DNA of 64,000 bases from Vermamoeba vermiformis. Taxonomy: Eukaryota. Each line of letters begins with the position of its first letter. Within the stretch, counting starts at the first letter, position 1. The DNA lies in contig JBEWZL010000163.1 in NCBI GenBank assembly GCA_045837725.1, forward strand, positions 62,001-126,000, given 5' to 3'. Positions 37,531 through 48,596 of this stretch are shown in pieces. The position numbers were made by a program, and so were the translations under genes. The notes below the pieces were generated by a model that worked only from the letters and a program-made list of their open reading frames with translations, did no database searches and was not told where the DNA came from.

Positions 37531-40500
37531 ATGTCGAACACAAAGAAGACTCTAGTGCCGCCCTTAAAGAAAAGGGAGGGCGATGAGTCGTCAGGCACTG
37601 AGAGTAAGAGCACGGGCACGACGCCTCGATCTGCTCGAAAAACGTCAGATGCACCGCCAACAAAAAATAGCGGTAATAATAATGTAAATAATGAGAAAGA
37701 AGATGATAATAAATCAAATACTGCTCGTACTGCACGAACTGCACGTGGTAAAAACAGACGGCGAAGGAGGAGGTAAGATCTTGTTCCAATGTTATAAATT
37801 TTAATTAATTAATTACAAGTCGAGCATTAGAAGTATATTTATTATTATTTAGTGATAATAGTGCAACTAATACACAAAAATATTTAATTGGAAAAATTGA
37901 ATTTTAACCGCAATTTTCGATCTGATACGCTCGTGCAGAAATTCAAATGTAGCTTGCTAGTAACAGCCTCGACTATTTATTAACGATTAATTGATAGAGC
38001 CGCGAATAAGGCACTTGGTCAAAATGACAGCACGATCTCAGCACTCATTAACAGCAGTGAAGCTCAAGGGTAATAATAAATAATGTTTAAATAATAATGA
38101 TGCTAATTAATTATTTTCCGTAGAGAATTAGCACCGGCTATCAAAGCCGTATTCGAACAAAATAAAGAACATTTGGCGATTGAAAAATTGCAACAATTTA
38201 CTGAACAACGCGAGCAAGAAATCGAAAAAATCTGTCAAAATAATTATCAAGTACGTTATTATACCCATATTAATATTATGGAACTGGTATTAAATTATTT
38301 TTCAGGCCTTTATCAAATCATTAGACGAGCTGTTCGTAGTTAAAGACGAAGTTCATCAATTGAAGCAATCAACGATACAAATTAATAAAGACATTCAAAC
38401 GATTGGAAAGGACCTCATTCATAAGGTAATATTAACATAATAACTCATTGAAACTAGTTTTTCAAATAATTTTTTTTTTAACCGGCTAATTTCAATAAGT
38501 TAAGCTAACGTTGAATTATTTCCTAATTTAGACTGAAGAATTGGTTTCCAATCGCACTATCAGCAAGAACATCAACATTGCACTCGAAGTACTCAGCTCG
38601 TGTCAGTACGTCTTGGGACTCGTGGCCAAGGTCAAGTTGTACGTCGAACAGAAGCGATTTTATCCCGCTATTAAGGTACGTATTGCACATATAAGACACT
38701 TATATATACATATGTAGTACTATTGTCTAGAAGTTCAGAGAACGGGGTAACCTTTGCCAAAATTTCATGCTTCGCGCTAATGTATTTCCAAATATAGATA
38801 TTGGATCAATTGCAACAAGTGCACTTAGAGTCCATTCGACAATATGAGTTCGGCAAGTTTTTAGAGAAGAGAATTCCACTGATTAAAGAGAGCATTAAAA
38901 AACGAGTGATTAAAGAGGTCAATGAATGGCTCACGGGGTAAGTTGAATTATTAATATAAACACTATAGAGTATCTCATTAATATGGAATTTATTTCTTAG
39001 CATTCGTTCAAAGTCTCTTGCGATTGGTACGTTCGCCATGGCACAAACACTGCTCGAAATGGAAATTGAAGAGGAACAAATGGCCTTGCGACAAAAACAG
39101 GCCACTGAATTAGCGAAGATGGCTACTGCTGATTTTAAGACTAAACAGGCCTTAATTGGTACGTACTGCCTATTTACCAGATCCGTTCATTGAAACTATT
39201 CCCGCGCAATTTATAATTTCAGTCAATTGCGCTAAAATTAGCAGAATAGTCAATATTAAGCATACAGAGCGAGTTAGTTATCTATTTCCTATTTTGGGGG
39301 CAATATTAATGATGTTTTGTAAATAGCTCAACTCGCGGCCACGACGCCCAAAGTCATCTCGCGTCGATCACGTCGCATTAGTAAATTTCAACTGTTCAAC
39401 ACGCGTCCATTTCTAAATTTGGATTTTGACGCTGAGAACGGCACCGCGAATGGTGAGAACAACGAAGGCGGTCAAAGCAGTATACGCGCCATAATAATGG
39501 GCGGTGGGGACAACGACTACATTGGCTCGAAGAGCGAGGACGATATTTTATCGAGTAAGACCATGTAGCTGAATAATTTACTTTTTTTTTGGATCAGCAT
39601 TACCAAATAAGGAAGTGATGTTCGTTGCTCGAGTACTAACCGATTGGTATTCAGTCAATGTGTTCGAGAAGTTTGCAGTGTCCTTTGCCCCGCTGTACCA
39701 GTGCAGCTACATCTACGAGAGCATGGGCATCAAAGAGGAGTTCTCGCTCTACTACAAAGAGAACAGAAAGGCCCAAGCACGCCTCATGCTCGCTCAGCCC
39801 AAGAAAGATGACGGCGCACAGTCACCGCGAGGCACGACTGGCTTCTTGGCCACGGGACGGTATCAAGAGCTGTTGAACCACATCGCTGGCTTCTTTATCA
39901 TCGAAGACACCGTGCTCAAAACAGCCAACAATCTCATTGTCAATCAAGACGTAAGTCACGCTAGCACGCATTTTTCACTGAAAATTTCCTTTTATGGAAG
40001 TTTCTAAGATTCGTTTTATGGCTACATATTGCTTGTTGCTGACGGTGTCAATAGGTTGTTGCGTTGTGGGAGAATGCAATCTCGAAGGTGAGATCGCATT
40101 TGCAGCTCGAAGTGGCGTACTGTGACGAGCCAGCACTGCTCGCAGAACTCAAGACTTATTTGCTCATTTTTGCACGAACTTTGCGCAGTTATGGACGCGA
40201 CACTACTTCTATCATGGAGTTTGCTCGTGTTGGTACGTACCTTCATTTGACACGTGTCACATTATGACATCTGTCAGCCGACCTCGGCGTCTCATCCGAG
40301 TCAATGTCTAATATCTATCTACAATAGTTTTGCGCGAGAGATTTTTCCAAGTGCTCAGCGCTATTATCACGCAGTTAGGGTTGAATGTGTTGAAAGAAGA
40401 GAAGTGGATCCCGCTCATTGTGGCCGATGAGTACGAGTACAAACAACTCATTGCTGACAACAAGCTCGATACTTTAGACCCTGCCGGCAGCTCTGAAATG

Positions 40501-41914
40501 TACGTAGTCGTATTTATTCAAGTGCATTAATACTAACTATATCATATGAAGTCAACGACGCACGTTCCCATTCACGTCGTCAGTTCCCATTTTCTGCAAT
40601 CGAATCAAGAACGCCGTGTCAGACATGAACGACTTTGGCAAGGACTTTGCTGGCCCTGAAATGAACTCTGCGATTATCAAGGTACGTTCTCGAGATCTGG
40701 ATTTAGATCAGATCGGATCTTGTCATGTCTTGCCCGGGGGTTCAATATCTAAGGCTATTATACAGGCTACTGAAGGTATGATGGCCAATCTGATGCAGTT
40801 GATGGTGCAAGAAGTGGTCGAGCGACAAAAGCAACAACAAGCCTTGGAAGCACAGCGCGCAGCTTGGTGGGCCGTGCGACTGTCCAAAGACAAGAACAAC
40901 AAGCTCTATTTTGCACCTGCCCCGCCTGAAGAAGACAAAATCACGCTTGATTTCATCGTGCAAGTGATCATCAACGTCATCAACTTCCAGCACTGCATTG
41001 TGCCGTTAGAAGAGACATTGACCAGTCTAGGCATCACCATTAGTAAGTACTCCTCACCTATACTCACGCATGAAAATATACAGCTATATGAACACCTTCA
41101 TAAGTTTGATCACGTGTCACTTTTTTGGATCTGCTCGACAACTTTTTTTTGTCAAGTACTAACGTGCTTCATAGCGGCAAATTCAGCGGCACTTACCAAC
41201 ATGAAGACGTACGAAGAGAGCATTGAGCGATTGCGACACATCTTGTGGGACGTGAATGAGAGTTGCATGAAGAAAGTGTTCGAACAGCAAGAGAGCAAGA
41301 TGAACTGGATGACGACCACGCCTGTCACTCAGCCACGCGAGTATATTTTGAGTGCGTACTAGGCACCTTTAATGCGTTAAGATGTATGCTAATGATTCCT
41401 CATGTAGACATTGAGAAGTACATTCTTGACAACTTCGCCAAGTTCAGTAACTTGCCGCAATCAATTTTCATCGAGCTGTACCGACGAACATTCAAGTTCA
41501 TTGCCGATCGATTCATGGTGCGTAGTACTATCCATGATATCAATATAAGTCCTAATCTCATATACCTCTCAGGGCTGGCTGACTCGCAACTCGGTCACGC
41601 ACTACACGCTCGAGACATTGAAAGGCCTGCAAATCGAACTCAATCACTTCTTGGCCACGGCAATGGTCTCGCCCGTGACCAATCCCACGGAGTACTTCAC
41701 AGAGCTCGTGCAGCTGTTGCATTACATCACACAGCCACATCCCAAAGTGTTCTTGGAGCGTGAAGTGCGCGCGAAAGATTACCCGCGCCTGACCGATGTA
41801 CACCTCATGGTCACCGTGCTCGAGAAGTGCAAAGACGACGCGTGGTTTGTGAGCGCACGATCAAAAGAATTCAGCGCCGTTGTGCGGTACTTGAAAGAGC
41901 ACGGAATAAATTGA
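37531..41914 (+). CDS. SEC15: Exocyst complex component Sec15/EXOC6, multi-exon
   Basis: AIKAVFEQ..EQREQEIEKICQNNYQAFIKSLDEL, EVNEWL..IR, FAPLYQCSYIYESMGIKEEFSLYYKENRKAQARL, IAGFFIIEDTVL and FPFTSSVP. Confidence 0.9.
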
Positions 41915-41971
41915 ACACATTCTGTGAAATAATATTTTGCAGCTGAAACACAAAACAGTTTGTTCTTATTG

Positions 41972-43758
41972 TTACTGATTATTATTGTTGTTATTGTTGT
42001 TGTTGTTGCCTGAAAAGAAATTGATGACGCTGCCTGCCCAATTAGCAAAGCTCACTGCGCGTGCTGTAGCGACACCGAGCCACCCATAGGCCCAAGCACG
42101 CAGTCGGTCTGGTCTCTTCACTTGAATGTCTTCTTTGAAGATAATATCGTCACGCTGTAGTCTGGCTTGCACACGCACCTTCATCTCGGCAATTAGCCGT
42201 GCTCGGTCACTGATCGTTTGGTGCTCACTGCGCAGCTCAATCGCCAGCCGCTTGTCATCATCGCACACTTGCGCGATCCAACAGGCTTGTTCAGAGGATT
42301 CAGGGTACTCGAGCTCGAAGACCATTATGACCACTGTGTTGTCGTCTGTGACGTGGACAGGTCTTGGGCGGTGTTGCGTGATTGGATGGTCAGTCTCAGG
42401 GTTGACATTTGAAGGCTCGTCAACAATAGCACTCTCTGGCTGAGAGGACCACCACGAGCCCATGACGGCGTTGAGAAATTTCTGGCCCTGGCGCTTGAGT
42501 GCGTCCTTCCTTCTCGGTCGCTGTTTCAATCCAAAGTGTATCTCGTCCTCGGGATACAGCTCGTACATCCGCTGCTTGCACCGCAGAATGACGCTGTTGC
42601 ACGCTTGTCCGCCGCGCATGTACAGTTCGTCGAAGCGGATTTCAGGGTGCTCGATAACAAATGCCTCCCACGTCCATTTGCGTGCTAGTTCTGTCACTAT
42701 GATGGTTACTATGCGTATGTATCGCTCTGGCTGACCGTTCTTGTACACCACTGGCTGGCCAATGACAGGTGTCAAGTAAAGGTTGTTATTGTTTTGATAG
42801 GGACCAGGAGCCACATTAGTATTGCTATTATTATTGTCAGCACTGAAGCCTTGATGATGATAGTGGCTGTCGTAATTTGCATAGGCACTGGTCGATAGAT
42901 TGGTCTGTTCGTGTGTTGTATCAGCGTTGTCCTTGATCTCGGTCTGAGGATATTGTCCACCAGTATTACCGGTCTCGTCGTACCAGCGTGTGGGGAGGGG
43001 CGGGTGAATTGTTGTTCAAGTGATAAAACCCTTGTGCCTCCTCGACAGGGGCTGCATCATCCAGCATCATGATGTCCGCGTCTTCAACGAACGGCATATT
43101 ATGGACATCGTGCATGAAATGAGCATCAATGGCTGGAACATAGTTGTTATTGTTGTTATTTGCGACCATTTGCCGAACATCAATCCCAAAGTAAGCATAA
43201 CTAAAGGTACATTAGTCGATGCATTAGCCGAGCAATATGACTTACATTTGGGGCAATACCTGGTGGAATTGGATCGGCTTTTCAACGGGCTTTGGCTTTT
43301 CAACTAGCTGTGAATTTTCACCTTGCTTTGGCTTTTTTTGGACAAAGAAGAGGTCTGTGAAGAGCTGTTGCGCATTGTACCAGACAAAGATTAGAGGTCT
43401 GACCTTGGCTGTAAATGAAATTTTGCACAGTGTGTAGCCGTTAAAGTGATGAACGTTGGAGTTCGGATGTTGGGTAATATATTCGTGTGTAACATCAGAT
43501 ATGGCAGAGCCATTGCTGATGGCGAAGATCCGCACTTCCAGATCTGGTGCCGCAACGACAAACCAGTATATCGTCCTCTCGATGAGTACATTGAGCAATA
43601 CGGTCGCGTTGGTCTTAATTAACTTTTCAAAAAGTGTTTCATCTTTCAATCTTGATCCGGAATCTTTTGACCGAATTATCCTCAGTGACGGAGGAGGCTT
43701 ACTGAGGAAAAAATTATTAATAGTTGTAACTGGTATTATTTAATTCTTACAGTTCCAT
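41972..43758 (-). CDS. Orphan protein, tandem paralog A (splice or frameshift ambiguity near 42990)
   Basis: 8-nt first coding exon ATGGAACT|gtaag. Collinear similarity with 44356-45809 (ELYMRGGQACNSVI, ACWIAQVCDDDK.LA.ELRS). Confidence 0.7.
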
Positions 43759-43967
43759 GGCTGGCTCTGTTCCATCCGGTGACATAAAAAAAAAGGATGC
43801 GGCAACACGTCTGGTCCAGAAATACCAATTATTTACCGTCAACATGGTGAAATATTACTATTTACCGTTGGTAGGTCAGTACTGACGAACCAAGTGTCAA
43901 TTTGTGCAACGAAACTAGTTTAGAGTACAGTGAGTGCTTTTTTCAATTATTAATGTGTAATGACTTA

Positions 43968-44045
43968 CCTCGCGTGGTTCAATTAGTAATTGCGCAATGA
44001 GTAATTTACACTTGTGTTCTGTAACAAAATCTGCGGCACGTGTTA
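43968..44045 (-). promoter_or_regulatory. Conserved upstream module of paralog A: CACGTG + ATTGCGCAAT + splice donor
   Basis: Aligns by eye to 45890-45980. ATTGCGCAAT lies at 43989-43998 and CACGTG at 44037-44042. Confidence 0.55.
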
Positions 44046-44355
44046 AATTCTTCAGCAATTCTCCGCCCAATGGCCGTTCTGAAGTTTCGTGGTCAGATCA
44101 AACTCGGCATGTTCTACAAGTTTGTTCCTCGAAAAGGCATACATCTTGTGGACACTGAATTAGTTTAATTTTAGAAATTTTGCAGAATTTATTTGCGCAT
44201 GATCTTGGCCAAAAGTAGTTCATAAATTTTTGCTCATATTCAGGCCAAAAAATTATTAAATCTAATATTTACCGTTAATCTGATCTCAAAATTTGCTTAT
44301 TACATTGGTAAATAAATAAGTTTATTTCGCTGTTGGTTCGGCTCTTCGGCTTTGT

Positions 44356-45809
44356 TCATGAAAAAGAATCTCTGAACCAGCTCGCCCAGGCAGCAAATCT
44401 TCCAGGGCGCATCGTCGCTGATTGTAACCACGCGTCAGTGTCTTCACGGAGCTTGTCTGGTTGCTTTTCATGGCTCTCTTCTTCAAAGCTCACGCCGTCA
44501 TTTTGCAGTCTGTCGCGCACCAACTGCTTGATCTGCTCGACAATCTCGTTGCGTGCAGTGTCGCTGAGACCTTGGCTGCGCAGTTCGAAAGCCAGTTGTT
44601 TGTCGTCGTCGCACACTTGGGCAATCCAACACGCGTGCTTGGGCGATCGTGGGTGCTCTAACTCGAACACCTTAATACGGACCACATTGGGGTTGAAATA
44701 CACGTGCTCATCAGCTGTCACAGTCACTTTAGCACGCTTAGTGGCTCCTCCAAACTGACGCAACACTGAATTGAGGAAGGTCTGGCCTGTGACTTTGAGT
44801 CCTTCTTTTACCCGTGGCTGTAGATCGAGCTCAAATTTGATTCGGTCGTGCTGGTACTTGGCGTAGATCTGTTGTTTGCACTGAATGATGACACTGTTGC
44901 ATGCTTGGCCACCGCGCATGTATAGCTCTTTGGCCTTGATGGCCGGTGCCTCGCCGCGTACTGTAGCTTTCCAAGTCCATTTGCGCGGGAGTTCTGTGGC
45001 CTCAATGATTACTGTGCGAATGGGGTTCTGTGCTTGGCCATTGAAGTGCGTTGTAGGCCAGCCTCTGACACCAGTCATGTCATTTGAGACCGCTGAATCG
45101 ATGGTAAGATCAGTCACATCATTGGTGTTCAGGACATTTGTGTTGTTAGTAGTGTTGAAATCGAATTCCATCATTGCGTCATCCTCATTGACGTCACTCT
45201 CATCGACTTCGTGCCAAGGGTTCAAGTTGACGAAATCAATACCGTTTGGATCTGGGTAATACAAACTTGAGGCACTATTACGATTAGACCAGATCTACAG
45301 AACTAATACAAAGGACTTACATTTGTCTTAGCGTTTCCGTTGGAACGATGATAGGCGTTTTCTTGATAAAGTAAGACGCGTAGTAGAATTGTTGCTCCGC
45401 TGAGTTGTGCCACACGACAATCAGTGACAAGGCCTTAGTAGTAGTTTCAATGCTGCACATGGTGTAGTGTCGGTTGTTCTCGTCATGGTGAATGACATTG
45501 CCTTCTTCTAAGTACTCGTCGGTCACATTAATCACCGTTCCAGGGCCCGCGAGCGAGAAGATCTGAACATCCAAAAACCCTTCTGCGACCACAAGCAAGT
45601 ACTTGTTTCTTGCTTTGAGGATATTCGTCGTAAGAAATGCATTAGTATTAGCCAGCTTGGAACAGAGACTGGGTTCATTGTTAACCAATTTCGTGCCCAA
45701 CATTTTTGCTGTGGTGACGCGGAGGAAAGGGGGCTCATTGCTGGAAATGTTTGATTAATATTAATGCCATCGATAATATTGATACATCAAGAATTTCTTA
45801 CTTGTTCAT
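44356..45809 (-). CDS. Orphan protein, tandem paralog B
   Basis: 8-nt first coding exon ATGAACAA|gtaag, with exons covering ORFs 45317-45703 and 44356-45264. Homologous to paralog A. Confidence 0.75.
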
Positions 45810-45889
45810 GATCACTGATGGAATCTCGCAATAAGTGTCACAAAGTTGTTCTGGATCCAAAGGCAATAGTTACTGAAAACTTGTTCTAT

Positions 45890-45980
45890 TACCTCTTGTG
45901 ATTGTTCAATTACAATTGTGCAATGAGTATTTCAGACTTGTGTTCATTACTAGCTAGTAATCTGCGGGGCACGTGCATCT
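45890..45980 (-). promoter_or_regulatory. Conserved upstream module of paralog B: CACGTG + ATTGTGCAAT + splice donor
   Basis: ATTGTGCAAT at 45915-45924 and CACGTG at 45970-45975, in the same order as the copy upstream of paralog A. Confidence 0.55.
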
Positions 45981-46046
45981 TGGTCCCAAAAAGAATCAAT
46001 TCTCTGTGTGCCCACAAGTTATTCTTTGATTGGGACATGAGATTGT

Positions 46047-48209
46047 TCATTGGTTACTGGGAGCATTATAATTGCAAATGTCCGTGAGTTGTTGCGTTGT
46101 TGCTTTTGGAAGAGCGAATCTCCTCAGATCAATTGGTTTCAGTCTTGCAGTCTGACGCAAGTCTATTTGCAACGAGAATTTCTCAAAGTACGGATTCACT
46201 CTGCACTCACGCATCACTGTTTGTTCGTATTCTTGCAAGCATACATTGGCCAAATCCACCCCGGATGTTTCTGCCTCGATCTCCTTGCGCATCTAAATCC
46301 GAAAAGTAAGTTATTAATATAAACGCACAGCGTATCTTTAAAGCTTGGTCTGAAAAACGTAGCTTTCAAATACTTGGTTAGCAGATTTAGATCCGACTCC
46401 ACAAAAAGAATTTCTGTTTTTGAAAAGAACAATAACTTACATTTAATAGCACCATTGCATCTTGATCGAGGTAATATCTGCATACAATGGCTGCGTAAAG
46501 CATGGCAAAGGCGAGCAAGTTTGCTTTGTTGAGCTCGAGACTTTTCTTCGCAAATTTCCATACTTCGTCGATGGCATTGACTGTCTCTTGAAATTTGTGC
46601 CCCGCTAGATAGCCGTGCATACGAACGACTTTCTCGAGGCCCACAAGGTACGCACTGAACAACGATTAGATCCAAAAGAAAAGATGATACGATCTGTGTA
46701 AGTCTTATTAGTATAATAGGGTATACCTACAATTGATTAGGATCAAGCATATCAATCTTCTGCTTAGTGTGATGGAGTTCTTGAATGAACGTCAAACAAT
46801 TGAACAATTCAGTGGACTTCTCGTAGGAGAAGATAATAGCAATTTGATTCAGCTACAGTAAGAAAAATTAATATATTATAATGTTATATAATATTAACAA
46901 CGCGAATTATAGCGATGTGAATGAGTTTTGGATCTGGATCGAGCACCTACCTTGTCGAGATGTAATCTCAGGTCGTGAAATCTCGCGTGAGTGTTTATCA
47001 CGATAGGATTGTTGGCAACGGTGATGTGAAGATCGTCGAGCTCTTTGTCGGTGCAAATCACCAGCAGAGACTCGTAGGCATAGCCCAAATGATACGCGCA
47101 CGAACCAGCATTCGCTTTGATGCCATTAGACACTTCTGCAAGTGCAAATGATGATCGCGATGCCTGTGTGTTGTGTGAAAAGAATTGCTGCGGGAAATTT
47201 TGGGCCAGCTCGATTATTTTGTAGAAAAAACTGCGCGCGTTGGCCAGATCGCAGAAGGTCATGTAATGCGTGCCCAAGTCTACGAGTGCTGAAGTATACA
47301 AAAATATATCGGCAATGACGGGTCTTTCAAGGCACTTGAAGAGATATTGCCTAAATAAGGAAAGAAAATCAGATAAGTCGTCGCAAAGGTACGTGTCACG
47401 CGCACTTTGCCTGTCCCAATAGCTGCTTTGCGTTATTCATATCTCCAACAATTAACGAGCCATTGGCAAGCATAGCACACATGCATGCTATTCGCGCAGG
47501 GTCTGAAAATAGTGTTAAAGCAAATCCGCAATTAATTGTTCCGCACTTACTTTCATCGTGCAAAAAGTCAGTTGTTCGGTCATAAGGCATTATATTCTTC
47601 GTAGTGGGATAGAATACAATCTTGTATTGGTCTAAAATCTGTATTGTGCGGTCTTTGTATGGCGACTCAAATAAAATCGCCGATCGAGTTGACACTTGTG
47701 TGCTCAGCTGTTGAAATTCCTATTTAAGCAGGCCATCAATTAGATGAGATATCCAATGATAATTAGAAGTCATACTTGTTTTAAATCCTCGCGCTCTTTG
47801 TCATATTTGTCGTGGATTTGTCGTTTCTGCGTAACAAGTGCCTTTAAATCCTCTAATCTTTTCTGTAACGCCTCCATTTCTGTTACTTTGCCTTTATTAT
47901 AATAAATTAATATCAAATGAGGTTAAATACAGTTGTATCGCGAAGATCTTACTCTGAATCTCTTTGTCTTCAACATGAACTACGTAACTACATGCTTGCT
48001 GCTTCGAAAGGCATCGCTCGCAAGGTTCTTTACCATCACCTATGCCTATTTAATAATTTGAATTGCTTTGGGTGCTTACATTTCTTCTTTTGCTCCCGAC
48101 AAGGGATGCACGTCGCTGCTTTCTTCGTCGGCTCTGGATCTAATTTTTCTCGTTTAGGATGGTGAAAGGGGCTACCGTTGTCTTTTCGAGAGGAAACTCT
48201 TCGGCTCAT
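46047..48209 (-). CDS. Zn(2)-Cys(6) binuclear cluster (GAL4-type) transcription factor, multi-exon
   Basis: Splicing the 34-nt intron 48046-48079 gives CIPCREQKKKC|IGDGKEPCERCLSKQQAC (Cx2Cx6Cx7Cx2Cx6C). A coiled coil and a long helical region follow. Confidence 0.88.
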
Positions 48210-48596
48210 CTCTTACGAATTTTAGCAAAAATTAAATTATTAAAATCTGGAGGAATATTTACTGAGTCAAAGTCGCTTTATTCTCATTTATAAATAAATA
48301 GTCACGTATTAGCTATTTAATGTTGACTATATTTTACCTCTATTGATAGTGTTTTGCTAAATCCGATCTAGATCGTTTTTCTCTGTGGTTTAACTGCCGC
48401 CACACGTCACAGCAGTGAACCTTTGATGCTATATACGTTTAATTACAAGGGTTAAAATACATCAAAAAGATTTGTTGCGTTTTGTTTCAAAAAAACGTCA
48501 ATCAACCTTTGGGCTCACAATTCACCAGGTTGCAAGAAGGCGAACAAACGAATATGATGCCAAGTGGGCATATGTTTGCCCTCGGAAGTTCTGCGC

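Noticed and set aside
41975-42008. (TTG/TTA)n microsatellite
   Set aside because: It only encodes the poly-Asn tail of paralog A, which is ordinary low complexity.
44046-44160. Possible relic of the Zn2Cys6 gene 3' end co-duplicated upstream of paralog A (VCLFEEQTCRTCRV vs VCLQEYEQTVMRECRV)
   Set aside because: The similarity is short, interrupted by a stop and unverifiable by eye. It needs a TBLASTN test.
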